Shown here in pieces: positions 8,672-18,413 of a stretch of DNA of 62,997 nucleotides. This DNA is from Fimbriimonadales bacterium (lineage in GTDB: Bacteria; Armatimonadota; Fimbriimonadia; Fimbriimonadales; ATM1). The stretch covers positions 1 through 62,997 of the forward strand of contig JBGTLG010000038.1 in assembly GCA_041744215.1 (NCBI GenBank), given 5' to 3'. The translations under genes and the position numbers were made by a program. Position 1 is the stretch's first letter. Each line of letters starts with the position of its first letter. Below the pieces are notes generated by a model. That model was given only the letters and a program-made list of their open reading frames with translations, was not told the origin of the DNA and did not search any database.

Positions 8672-9229
8672 CTAGCTAAGTTGTGAGTGCCGAAAGCAGT
8701 CGGTGGTGTGGTCGTTAACCATCCCGATTGCTTGCATTAATGCATAACAAACTGTCGACCCAACGAACTTGAACCCTCGCGCTTTGAGTGCTTTGCTCAT
8801 GGAATCTGACTCGGTCGTTCGTGCTGGAAGGTCGGCGAGTCTTGTCCACCTGTTTTGAATCGACCTGCCATCCGTGAACTGCCAGAGGTACGTGTCGAAG
8901 GAACCAAACTCACTCTGCAATTCCAGCACCAACTGCGCATTGATGACTGTGGAGATGATCTTCCCGCGGTGGCGAACGATGCTCGCATCTCCGACGAGCC
9001 GCTCGACGTCCGACTCCGTAAACTTCGCAACAAGCCTGGGATCAAATCTGGCAAAGGCTTCACGGTAGCCGTCGCGCTTTCTCAAAATCGTGTCCCAACT
9101 CAGCCCAGCTTGCGCGCCTTCGAGCGTAAGCATTTCAAACAAGTGAGCATCATCATGCGACGGCACTCCCCACTCAGTATCGTGATACTCAATGGCGGCG
9201 GCGTTAGATGCCCAAGCGCATCGTATCAT
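8672..9229 (-). CDS. tag: DNA-3-methyladenine glycosylase I
   Basis: RCAW, YHDTEWG, LEGAQAGLSW, FKFVG, GMVNDH..DC. Confidence 0.95.
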   Translation of the reverse strand: MIRCAWASNAAAIEYHDTEWGVPSHDDAHLFEMLTLEGAQAGLSWDTILRKRDGYREAFARFDPRLVAKFTESDVERLVGDASIVRHRGKIISTVINAQLVLELQSEFGSFDTYLWQFTDGRSIQNRWTRLADLPARTTESDSMSKALKARGFKFVGSTVCYALMQAIGMVNDHTTDCFRHSQLS

Positions 9230-10518
9230 CTTATACCGGCAGCACGAAGGGAATGCCCACTGTTTCGCAAGTGGTGCTCAAGACTAAAGATCTCATTGAT
9301 CTCTTGACTCGTGAGGCGCGAAGCAACGTCGGGATCGTTTGCAATCTCGGACTTGAAGTCTGCACCATCCCACGCATTCGCAGCGTTGCGCTGAGCAACT
9401 TTGTACGCGTCTTCGCGCAACATGCCTTTCCCGATCAAGGCCACCATCACGTGCTCGCTGAACACAAGCTGCCCCATTTTTTCGAGATTCTGTCGCATGT
9501 TATCGGGGAACACGATCAATCCGCTGAGAATCGTGGTCATGCGATTCAACATAAAATCAAGTAGTTGGCAAGAGTCGGGGAAGACGATTCGCTCAATGGA
9601 CGAGTTTGTGAGATCGCGCTCATGCCATGTTGCGACGCTCTCCATCATCGCGTGCGCATTTCCGCGCAGCACTCTCGCCAGCCCGCAGACTGTCTCACTG
9701 TTCCAGGGGTTGCGTTTGTGCGGCATGGCACTTGATCCGGTCTGCCCCGAGTGAAATGCTTCCTGAACCTCCTGGATCTCCGTGCGCTGCAGATTTCTGA
9801 GCTCCGTCGCATATCTTTCTAACGACGCTCCCACGAGCGCCAACGTCATCATGAGGCTTGCGTGACGGTCGCGGTTGATGATCTGGGTGCTTACAGGATC
9901 CGCTGCTAATCCTAGCAATTCGCAGACTCGCGCCTCCACCGCAGGATCCGTGTGTGCATGGATTCCTACGGCGCCACTTACCTTTCCGACGCTAATGTCA
10001 TCTTTGCATTGGCGAATTCGCTCGATGTCACGACGCACCTCTGCGTACCATCCCGCAAGCTTGAACCCGAAAGTGATCGGTTCGGCGTGAATGCCGTGCG
10101 TACGACCTATCGCAGGCGTCTCGGCATGATCAATCGCCAGTCGTTTGATCTGGCTGCACAACTTCTCAGCACTATCAACAACAACGTCGCACGAATCCCT
10201 AAGCATCATCCCGAGCGCAGTGTCAATGACATCATAAGAAGTTACACCGAAGTGGACGTACTTCCCATCCTCCCCGACGTTTTCTGCGACGTTGCGAACG
10301 AACGCCATCAAATCGTGTCGCGTCTCTTTCTCGATTTCGTCGCACCTGGCCAAATCGAAGCGCGCGCGTTCAACTATCGCGGCATACGCTGCTGTTGGGA
10401 TGTTGCCAGCCTCCGAATGGGCTCGGCAGATTGCAAGCTCGACTTCTAGCCACTTGCCATACTTCGATTCACGACTCCATATGGCCGTCATCGCGGGTGT
10501 ACAGTACCGATCTATCAT
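9226..10518 (-). CDS. purB: Adenylosuccinate lyase
   Basis: MIDRY, GRTHGIHAEP, GSSAMPHKRNP, WHERD. Confidence 0.97.
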   Translation of the reverse strand: MIDRYCTPAMTAIWSRESKYGKWLEVELAICRAHSEAGNIPTAAYAAIVERARFDLARCDEIEKETRHDLMAFVRNVAENVGEDGKYVHFGVTSYDVIDTALGMMLRDSCDVVVDSAEKLCSQIKRLAIDHAETPAIGRTHGIHAEPITFGFKLAGWYAEVRRDIERIRQCKDDISVGKVSGAVGIHAHTDPAVEARVCELLGLAADPVSTQIINRDRHASLMMTLALVGASLERYATELRNLQRTEIQEVQEAFHSGQTGSSAMPHKRNPWNSETVCGLARVLRGNAHAMMESVATWHERDLTNSSIERIVFPDSCQLLDFMLNRMTTILSGLIVFPDNMRQNLEKMGQLVFSEHVMVALIGKGMLREDAYKVAQRNAANAWDGADFKSEIANDPDVASRLTSQEINEIFSLEHHLRNSGHSLRAAGIR

Positions 10519-10542
10519 GGACCGTACAGCGTACCCCGCGAG

Positions 10543-11469
10543 CTACAAAGTGCCCATCTCTCGGAGACAGAACTCGGATGGGAGCTCTTTAAAATCGAAT
10601 GTGAAATTTGGGCTGTCAGGGCTACACTCGCCGAGAAAGTTTTCGTCAGCATCCAATATTGCGACAGGCTGGGAACCTGATACCCACCACGCATGAACAT
10701 CTGACTGGTCATCTCCCGAATCAACGTGTGTAATCCGAATTGTGAAAATCTCAGGGTTTGCGATCACCGTGTAGTTCTTTGTTTGGTCATAAGCTGCGCG
10801 GTCCTCGGCGGCCATGAGACGCTGCTCAGCCAACGACAATCGCTCAGGCATCTCGATCCAAGCCTTACCGTAGACGACCTTCAGGCTTCTCGGACCCATG
10901 TAGAAGACGCGCGTCGTCAGCAGCGATCGTGCAACTGCCGCCATCGCATCAACGTACAGTTCCTGTGCGCCGAGGGGCAGAGTGTCTGATGCGGCAAACA
11001 GCGTCTTAATGTCAACGTTTGCGGCGGTCCTCCCGGCTCCACGACTCTTCCACGATCCATCAATGTTGACCGAGGCCTTTCGAATAGCTCGGGCGTAGTT
11101 CTGGCGGACGGTGACGATTCGAAGGCCTTGTGACTCGGCGACCTCCGACAACTCTCGTCCTAGCCAGTGATGCTGATACAGCGTGTCTCTTAAGAGCGGC
11201 TCGTCGATGCCCTCGATAAGCTTGGCAATCGCCAGAGGAGACTCCGGCCTGTCAGAAGTGCCGCTCACCTTAGCACCGGCGCACGCTGCCAGAGCGGCAA
11301 TCTCCCCCCGCTTGCGGTCATTCGTCGTTTTGGAGATTAAGTTGGCACCTTCGGCATCGAGAACCTCCCTCGCAGCAACGGTCAGCGCTCCCAGGTCTGT
11401 CCCGTAAGTGTTAGCGATAAGGCGTAGCGCGTTGGCGTGCTGCCGCAAAAGCAGTTCCGAGGGTTCCAA
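10543..11469 (-). CDS. Hypothetical protein with a sigma70 region-4-like HTH and an unknown C-terminal domain
   Basis: Probable TTG start 11469 after AGGAG; segment LRDTLYQHHWLGRELSEVAESQGLRIVTVRQNYARAIRKA resembles ECF region 4. Confidence 0.5.
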   Translation of the reverse strand: MEPSELLLRQHANALRLIANTYGTDLGALTVAAREVLDAEGANLISKTTNDRKRGEIAALAACAGAKVSGTSDRPESPLAIAKLIEGIDEPLLRDTLYQHHWLGRELSEVAESQGLRIVTVRQNYARAIRKASVNIDGSWKSRGAGRTAANVDIKTLFAASDTLPLGAQELYVDAMAAVARSLLTTRVFYMGPRSLKVVYGKAWIEMPERLSLAEQRLMAAEDRAAYDQTKNYTVIANPEIFTIRITHVDSGDDQSDVHAWWVSGSQPVAILDADENFLGECSPDSPNFTFDFKELPSEFCLREMGTL

Positions 11470-11482
11470 TTTATCTAGTCTC

Positions 11483-12727
11483 CTATCTTCCGACGTCCCG
11501 GCGGTAGTGCCAGTTCTCGTTGAATCTGCCGTCAATTGTTCCATAGACAAGATCTGCTGCCTCTGAGGTACTCGACCCGAGGGCGGTTACGTTTAGGACG
11601 CGTCCGCCCGAACTGACGATTCGAGACCCGTCATAGGAAGTTCCTGCATGATAGATTATCACGTTTTCACAATCTTGAGTCGAAGGGACGGGTATTGAAC
11701 GCGTGTACTCTCCCGGATACCCTGGAGCTGACAGGACGACGGTCACCGCAGTCTCGGCGGCCACCTCCAGCTTAGGGAGCGCGCCACCGGTGGCTGCCGC
11801 CATCAAGACCGCAGCGAGATCGCTCTTGATCCGAGGCAAAGTCGCCTGAGTTTCAGGATCTCCGAACCTGGCGTTGTACTCTAATGCGCGAGGGCCGTCT
11901 TCCGTGACCATCAAACCTGCGTAGAGCGTGCCGATGTAGGGTGTGCCTCGTGCCGCGAACTCCCGCAGGATCGGAGATATGAACAGATTCGCCCAACTAG
12001 TGAAAGTGGACTCGTCAATCCCTGGAGCCGGGGAAACCGCCCCCATGCCGCCAGTGTTGGGTCCCCTGCCTCCATCGAGCGCTGCCTTGTAGTCCTGTGC
12101 GCTCGGCAGAACGCAATACTGTTCACCGCTACAAATCGCGATTAGGCTGACCTCGTTCCCGCGTAGCCGTTCTTCGACGAGAATCACCTCTCCCGCTACG
12201 CCGAACTCGCGTCCGACGAGCATCCCGTGGGCTGCCCTGATCGCTTCCTCGGCTCCCTCGGGAACTACCACACCCTTGCCGAGCGCCTCGCCGCTCACCT
12301 TCACAACTACCTCGCGCCCCGCCGCAGACTCCTTCTCGATATACTCCTTAGCCGCCCCAAAGTCGCTGAAGGTCGCGTAACCACCGGTTGGCACGCCGCA
12401 CTCCTCCATCATCTGTTTGGCAACCGCCTTGCTGCCTTCAATCTGGGCACACACTGCGCTCGGGCCATAGACGGCGACCCCCTCGGCGCGGAGCCGATCG
12501 GCCATGCCTGCGATCAGCGGCCGCTCTGGCCCAAAAACAACGAGATCGATGTTATCGTCACGGCAGATCGCGGTTAGATGGTCTCCGTCTACCAGCGATC
12601 CTTCGCGAAGCGTAGCGACTGACGCGATGCCTGGGTTCCCTGGGACCGCAAACACCTCGGCCGTCTGGGCGAGCTTCCAGCAGAGCGCGTGTTCGCGCCC
12701 ACCTGAGCCCACAACCAGCACCTTCAT
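11483..12727 (-). CDS. purD: Phosphoribosylamine-glycine ligase
   Basis: MKVLVVGSGGREHAL, GPNTGGMGA, EYNARFGDPE, SGGRVL. Confidence 0.97.
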   Translation of the reverse strand: MKVLVVGSGGREHALCWKLAQTAEVFAVPGNPGIASVATLREGSLVDGDHLTAICRDDNIDLVVFGPERPLIAGMADRLRAEGVAVYGPSAVCAQIEGSKAVAKQMMEECGVPTGGYATFSDFGAAKEYIEKESAAGREVVVKVSGEALGKGVVVPEGAEEAIRAAHGMLVGREFGVAGEVILVEERLRGNEVSLIAICSGEQYCVLPSAQDYKAALDGGRGPNTGGMGAVSPAPGIDESTFTSWANLFISPILREFAARGTPYIGTLYAGLMVTEDGPRALEYNARFGDPETQATLPRIKSDLAAVLMAAATGGALPKLEVAAETAVTVVLSAPGYPGEYTRSIPVPSTQDCENVIIYHAGTSYDGSRIVSSGGRVLNVTALGSSTSEAADLVYGTIDGRFNENWHYRRDVGR

Positions 12728-14112
12728 TCGTGGCCTCGATCCCAGTTTGTAAACAGCGTGTGGGCCGGAACAAAAGCTAAGTGAACCATCCTCGACGGGC
12801 CATTTCGGTTCTTTGCCACATTCACTTCGACGTCGACCGGTTTTCGGGTGTCGAGCGGTACCCTGACCCCTTCTTCGCTGTCGCCGCGTGCGTAATAGTC
12901 CTCTCGGAAGAGCAGCATGACGACATCCGCGTCCGCTTCAATGGATCCAGATTCCCGCAAGTCGCTCATGATCGGGCGCTTGTCGGGTCGCGATTCGACG
13001 AGCCGCGATAACTGTGAGAGGGCGAGAATCGGAACATCCAGTTCTTTTGCGAAGTTCTTCAGCGATCGCGCAATCTCTGAAATCTGTTGCGCGCGATTCT
13101 CTCGAGGGTTCGGCGCGCGCATGAGTTGCAGGTAATCAACTACAACTAATGCGAGGTTTCCATTCCGTGCCTTAAGCCGTCGGCACTTAGCACGCATATC
13201 GAATGGACTGAGGTCGGATGTATCATCGATGTAAATGTTTAGGTTGAATAGCCGCTCGACGCCTTGCACCAGATTCTGATACTCATCTTCAGGAATGCGG
13301 TTTCGCTTCAAGACGTTGGAGTCAACGCGGCCATGTGTGCAAACCAAACGTCGCGTCAGCTCTATTGCCGACATCTCCATACTAAAGATCGCGACTGTTC
13401 CAGCATTCTTGCGCGCTGCGTTGACGGCGAAGGACAGAGCCAAGGAGGTCTTGCCTACTGCGGGGCGGGCAGCAAGGATGACGAGGTTGCCTGGATAAAA
13501 TCCGGTCAATGTTTCATCTAACTCGTGAAAACCTGTACTTAGTCCGTGCAGGGCCTCGCCGGTTTCCAGCACACGGTCAATCTCTGTGAACACCTGGTTT
13601 GCTAACTCGTTGATCCCAACGAAATCGTTACCGATTCGCCGCTGAGCTACGTCAAAAACTGCCTTCTCGGAGAGGTCGACTTTTACGCGTACGTCCTTTT
13701 CGGGATCGTGGACTATTTTTACGATCTCTTGGCCAGCGTTCTGCAAACCACGAAGTGTTGCAAGGTCAATGACAATCTGTGCGTAGTACTCTGCATTTGA
13801 CGCAGTAGGCACTGCTTCGCCCAATTGCATAAGATATTGTGCGCCGCCAATCTTGTCGAGTGCGTTCCTTGCCTCCAATTCTGCTTTCACGGTAACTGCA
13901 TCGACCTGCCGCATGCTGTTGGCGACACCCAGCATCGCCCGAAAAATCTCGCGGTGGATGGGACTGTAAAAGTCGGATTCGGTTAAGCGTACAAGAAGTT
14001 GCCCAGCAGCTTCTTCACTCATCATCATTGAGCCGAGTGCGGCCGCCTCCGCTTGTTCATCGTGCGGAGGAAGGCGGTCATAAAGCCCGCCTGAGAAAGA
14101 ATCTGTTGCCAC
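12724..14112 (-). CDS. dnaB: Replicative DNA helicase
   Basis: PPH...AE, AARPAVGKT Walker A, VDYLQLM, ALSQLSR, DLRESGSIE, KNRNG; no intein. Confidence 0.97.
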   Translation of the reverse strand: MATDSFSGGLYDRLPPHDEQAEAAALGSMMMSEEAAGQLLVRLTESDFYSPIHREIFRAMLGVANSMRQVDAVTVKAELEARNALDKIGGAQYLMQLGEAVPTASNAEYYAQIVIDLATLRGLQNAGQEIVKIVHDPEKDVRVKVDLSEKAVFDVAQRRIGNDFVGINELANQVFTEIDRVLETGEALHGLSTGFHELDETLTGFYPGNLVILAARPAVGKTSLALSFAVNAARKNAGTVAIFSMEMSAIELTRRLVCTHGRVDSNVLKRNRIPEDEYQNLVQGVERLFNLNIYIDDTSDLSPFDMRAKCRRLKARNGNLALVVVDYLQLMRAPNPRENRAQQISEIARSLKNFAKELDVPILALSQLSRLVESRPDKRPIMSDLRESGSIEADADVVMLLFREDYYARGDSEEGVRVPLDTRKPVDVEVNVAKNRNGPSRMVHLAFVPAHTLFTNWDRGHE

Positions 14113-14119
14113 GCCGTAA

Positions 14120-14710
14120 CTATTCGGCGTCGGCGTTCGTTTCTACTTCTTTTTCTTGAGCAGATTCACTCGAAACTTGCGGCTCCACAGGTGCTGCCTC
14201 TGTCTCGACTTCGTCCATGTCCTCGAGTCGCTCAACCGGGATCTCTATGCCGAGGTTGCCCTCTTCATCGGCTACTTCGAGTTTGATGGCAGCGTCAACC
14301 GTTCGATGCAGATCGAGAGAGACGTCGTAGACACCTATTCGCTTAATCGGATGCATTAGCAGGACGGCTCTCTTATCGACGTCTACTGCCAGGGTTTCCT
14401 TGATTCCATCTGCTATGTCGGCTGAGGTGATCGCGCCAAACAACTTCGGTGAGCCTTTCGCGGTCTTCCCAACCAGTCGGATCGTCTTTCCGCTGATCTT
14501 TTCGGCGAGAGCAACCGCGCCAGCTTTGGTTGACTCTAACTCCGCAACAAGCTTGGCGTTCTGCCTCTCGAGGAGGGCGATCGTGCCTTTCGTCGCCGGC
14601 ACTGCAATACCGCGAGGGAAAAGGAAGTTGCGCGCGAAACCGTCTGCAACATTCACCACCTGCCCTTCTTTGCCAACTTTTGGCAGGGTCTGATTCAAAA
14701 TCACTTTCAT
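14120..14710 (-). CDS. rplI: 50S ribosomal protein L9 with acidic C-terminal tail
   Basis: MKVIL, V.DGFARNFL.P, KLFGAIT. Confidence 0.95.
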   Translation of the reverse strand: MKVILNQTLPKVGKEGQVVNVADGFARNFLFPRGIAVPATKGTIALLERQNAKLVAELESTKAGAVALAEKISGKTIRLVGKTAKGSPKLFGAITSADIADGIKETLAVDVDKRAVLLMHPIKRIGVYDVSLDLHRTVDAAIKLEVADEEGNLGIEIPVERLEDMDEVETEAAPVEPQVSSESAQEKEVETNADAE

Positions 14711-14714
14711 CTTC

Positions 14715-16115
14715 TTATCGCCTCACGCCAACGCCAATGAGGGCGCCATTCGCCCCAAACAGGTCGTTAACTCCGAAGTAGGTGTACCATCCCTGGGTCA
14801 GCCCGATGCGAGCCCGGATGTCGAACTGGAGGCTGTTCGGGTCGAACAAATCCCCGCTAACCGAAACCCCCGGGAGGACGCGCCAGTCTACCCCAACACC
14901 CGGCTTAGAGGCGAAGATTCCGTACCGTAGGTCGCCGTACCTCAGTGAGTTCCCGTATTGGAGCGTCAGCCTGTTCGACTCCGTTGCGTCATACACGCCA
15001 CCAAAAACGAACGAGTCGTGCGTCAGTGGGTAACGAACAGAAACATCCGTTTGGAACGCGCCCTTCGTCAGGTTTCTGCCTGTCTCAAGCCCAAGACTTG
15101 GGCTGGGCAGTTTGAGGTCCTGCGGAAGCCGGTCGACGAAGTCACTGACTTTGGAGAGAAGCTTTCTGGCTTCGTCGGCTATCTGCTGTGCGCTGTCGGC
15201 GAGCGCGATTGCTTTGTGACTGACGACTGCGCCATCGGCGGTGATCTTCTCGGCATTTTCGGCGATCTTCGTGCCGGTCCGCGTTATGTCCTCCACGTTT
15301 CGCATCGTCGTGTCGATCGCAGCCCTTAAGCTTGGGTCAGAAACGAGCGCGCCCATCTCGGCCACCATCTGCTCGGCGCTGGACGCGGTTTGAGAAAGCG
15401 TCGAGAGCAGTAGCGCGACCTCCTCTCGTAATCCCGGGTCGCCGATCATTTCGGTCATTACGGCGATCCCTTTTCGCATATCCTCGACCGCGAGGGATGC
15501 GTTTACGAGCGCGCTTCTAAGGGTCCCGCGGTTCTCCGCGATCAGCCCACGAGCGTCGGACATTATCAGGCCAACCTGCTTGATCGTCGTCTCGGTGGTC
15601 GCGAGAAGCGAATCCAATCGTGACCTCAAACCGTCGTCACCGAGCAAGTCGCGAATTGCCTCGAGATTATCGTTCAGCGCGGCAAGGGTCCTGTCGCCCT
15701 CCGGGAGGAGTGTCTGAAGAAGCCCTGCTTTCATCCCGCGCAGAGTGCCACCGACCGCTTTCTTGCCTGATTCAGTTCCTCTTTCCGAGACGATGTCAAC
15801 ACGCTGCTCCCCAATGCTTAGTAGGCTTGTAGGGATGAGAACAATTGCGTCATCCGGAACGAAAGTACCCGGGACGACATCGAGCCTCATTCGCGCGCTC
15901 CCGGGACCCAACAGGGACACTTCCTCAATAGTGCCCACTTTGACGCCTGCCATCGTCACAATTGCGCCTGGCTGAATGTTGCCCGCGTCGGCGAACTCCG
16001 CGTAGTAGGTGTCCCCCGGCTTTGCAAAGAGGCTGCTCCCGATGAGACTGTAGCCGACAACCACGAGGGCCACGAAAAGTACGACGAACAACCCAACTTT
16101 CAGCGCTGACTGCAT
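14715..16115 (-). CDS. Long MCE/MlaD protein (TM-MCE-helical stalk-C-terminal beta region)
   Basis: ALKVGLFV TM anchor, F.DA..I.PGA.V..AGVKVG.I MCE motif, long coiled coil, C-terminal amphipathic beta strands. Confidence 0.85.
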   Translation of the reverse strand: MQSALKVGLFVVLFVALVVVGYSLIGSSLFAKPGDTYYAEFADAGNIQPGAIVTMAGVKVGTIEEVSLLGPGSARMRLDVVPGTFVPDDAIVLIPTSLLSIGEQRVDIVSERGTESGKKAVGGTLRGMKAGLLQTLLPEGDRTLAALNDNLEAIRDLLGDDGLRSRLDSLLATTETTIKQVGLIMSDARGLIAENRGTLRSALVNASLAVEDMRKGIAVMTEMIGDPGLREEVALLLSTLSQTASSAEQMVAEMGALVSDPSLRAAIDTTMRNVEDITRTGTKIAENAEKITADGAVVSHKAIALADSAQQIADEARKLLSKVSDFVDRLPQDLKLPSPSLGLETGRNLTKGAFQTDVSVRYPLTHDSFVFGGVYDATESNRLTLQYGNSLRYGDLRYGIFASKPGVGVDWRVLPGVSVSGDLFDPNSLQFDIRARIGLTQGWYTYFGVNDLFGANGALIGVGVRR

Positions 16116-16159
16116 TCTCGGCTCCTTGCTAGTAAAGACAGTCTACTAGGGCAGAAGGA

Positions 16160-16217
16160 AGCGAGCGGTGCTCGATGGAATTTTTGGCGGGTACCACCTT
16201 CTATCGCACCGCTCGCT
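16160..16217. terminator. Intergenic stem-loop (12-bp perfect arms AGCGAGCGGTGC/GCACCGCTCGCT); possible terminator or processing site
   Basis: Inverted repeat read directly; no strong U-tract. Confidence 0.4.
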
Positions 16218-16229
16218 CGCTTCGTACGC

Positions 16230-18101
16230 CTATCTGCCGGCCAACTCAGCTGCTTTCTTCTTGATTGCGTCAGTCTTTCCGTGCTTCGACAGCACGCTCA
16301 GGGAAGCTTTCGGCATCGGATCGCAGAACTTCTCCACACACTCAAGCGCCAACTCGACTTCTTTGTTGTCACTTGATGCCAGCGAAGCATAAGGCACGCC
16401 AACTTTTCCCTTGATCGAGGTGGTGCTCGTCCGAAGTTTTGTGAGAAAGCCAAGGGCGCCCATCCGGGTATCGCCGTCAGCCGCCAGGAACATCACAGAG
16501 AACAACCGAGTCAAGTGTTCCATGTCCTCGGCTTCGCCCGACGAGACAAGATCGCTAAGTTCCTTAGGAACGCGCTCCATCCACGCTCGCATCGCTTTCG
16601 CATGCTTTTGCGACATCGTCGCGGCGAACCACGCAAACGAATTGTTCTCTGCGAATGGGGATGCCAGGAGCGAAGGGTCAAACAGCTTCGCATTGGACAG
16701 ATCGCTGTCGGCGAGTCCGCCGAGCGACGCGACGTCGAACAGCCCATTCACGTATCGGCTTGTCGAGACTGGAGGGATCAGCCGCTTGTTAATGTCCGAG
16801 AGGGACGCCTTGTCTGTATAGATCCACGTCCTTGCCTGCATCCAAGGACCTCGGAATCGCGACCGCTCGGTCAAGTCCATGAGTCCTCGCAACACCGGAT
16901 CAGGGTTGTAGTAAGGGTAGTACTTGACGCCTTCCTCCGGTTCTTTCATATCCATGTTGACGCAGTGGGTCATCACGTCCATTTGCTCTAGTTCGTGAAA
17001 GTCGATCCCTGCGATCGGGCCGAGGAAGTTGTGCTTGAAGCTAAGGTAGCTTGACATCAACTGGTAGCCGCTTCGATCCGGAGCGAAAAGCGTACCGGAC
17101 GGAATCACGAATTCAGAGCCACACTGCACATCGCCGAGGAGGGATGGGTTGCCTGGGAACTTCAGGCTGTTCATGTCTTCTCCGCGAAGCGTCGCGCCTT
17201 CGAACATGTTGCGAATCTGGTTGATTCCTAACCCTGATCTCGCCATGATGTTGGTCGTGAACTCGGACCCGTATTGATCGGTCGCGTCGCGCAGGTACCT
17301 GGTGAAGTCAGCCTGATACTGAAGTTTCGGAGAATAGGCTTTCCACGGCAGAGTTAGTCCGCCGACACCGAGCTTGTTCTTGTATTCGTCAGTAAAGCTG
17401 ACACCTCCGAGGGTGTACGTAATCGGATCGTCCGTGCCTTTGTCGAATGCAGTTGCGTCAGGGATGTATCGCTCTGAAATCAGCGGATTCAATCGCGGAA
17501 CCTGCCAATCCCCCATCGGGAGAATCACGGTGCCGATCGTGGTGGTGGTGGTGTCATTCAGGGACGGGTATCTGATCTCCTTCTGCAAATCGTACTGCAT
17601 CTCATAGCGGTAAACGTCAAACCCGTATCCGCGAGTCGTCCAGCCATTCGCACGAAGGTCGAGCGAGGGATTGATTCGGTGGCTGCGCGCCGCAAGCGCC
17701 GTCGACAGAGCTTTATTGCCGGTGTGCCAATGGGAACTTGCGGACGATGACCCATAGATCGTCGACGCTGGGCCGGTAAGCACTTCAACCTTCTCAAGTG
17801 CCTCCAAAGTCAAGAGAGGGTCGGGAGGATTGACAAGAATCCCGTCCAGTCGAATATCAGGAGTGGGCATTCCGGGCCGCAAGGTGATCATTGGCCCGGG
17901 CACGCTCTCTCTCGTCACTGTCCCATAAACCTGGCTTACAGCCTTGTACTTAACCAGCGCGTCGACCACTTTCGAGGGGTCAGACCCGTGCGGGATACGC
18001 TCAATCAGTTCACCGCTTATCATGGTTACGTTCGCGGGGCCAAATGGCTCGCGCAGTCCAACCGGCGCGACGGCGAGAATGCAAAGACTCAAATGCAACA
18101 T
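16230..18101 (-). CDS. Secreted multidomain hypothetical protein (TonB-plug-like segment, putative Cys/Gln thioester-like domain, helical C-terminus)
   Basis: SD GGAGG before ATG 18101; hydrophobic N-terminus; LDGI.V...LEKVEVLTGPASTIYGS plug motif; HCVNMDMKEP...MQARTWIYTD. Confidence 0.6.
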   Translation of the reverse strand: MLHLSLCILAVAPVGLREPFGPANVTMISGELIERIPHGSDPSKVVDALVKYKAVSQVYGTVTRESVPGPMITLRPGMPTPDIRLDGILVNPPDPLLTLEALEKVEVLTGPASTIYGSSSASSHWHTGNKALSTALAARSHRINPSLDLRANGWTTRGYGFDVYRYEMQYDLQKEIRYPSLNDTTTTTIGTVILPMGDWQVPRLNPLISERYIPDATAFDKGTDDPITYTLGGVSFTDEYKNKLGVGGLTLPWKAYSPKLQYQADFTRYLRDATDQYGSEFTTNIMARSGLGINQIRNMFEGATLRGEDMNSLKFPGNPSLLGDVQCGSEFVIPSGTLFAPDRSGYQLMSSYLSFKHNFLGPIAGIDFHELEQMDVMTHCVNMDMKEPEEGVKYYPYYNPDPVLRGLMDLTERSRFRGPWMQARTWIYTDKASLSDINKRLIPPVSTSRYVNGLFDVASLGGLADSDLSNAKLFDPSLLASPFAENNSFAWFAATMSQKHAKAMRAWMERVPKELSDLVSSGEAEDMEHLTRLFSVMFLAADGDTRMGALGFLTKLRTSTTSIKGKVGVPYASLASSDNKEVELALECVEKFCDPMPKASLSVLSKHGKTDAIKKKAAELAGR

Positions 18102-18413
18102 ATCGTTCTTCCCTCCAAAGAGCTTCAAGCATTGTACAGGATGAATCATCAGATTGCCCATTCAAGCACGCGGAGCTACGCAGCTCTGCGCCTTTTTTCA
18201 GCCCGGGTTGTTGGTTCGCGGTTGGTTGACTTTAACGCCGCTTGCGGCCTATCGCCAGATGACTACCAGGGAACCGAACGCTGAGACCGGCTCACATTTT
18301 CCGCCAGGAGCGCAGGGAGTGGCCACAAGAAAAAACGGAGGTCACAACGGCGAAACCCGAAGAGGTGGCGCCTGTCGCTCAATCTGAGGCCGAATCAACT
18401 AACCATGACCAAC

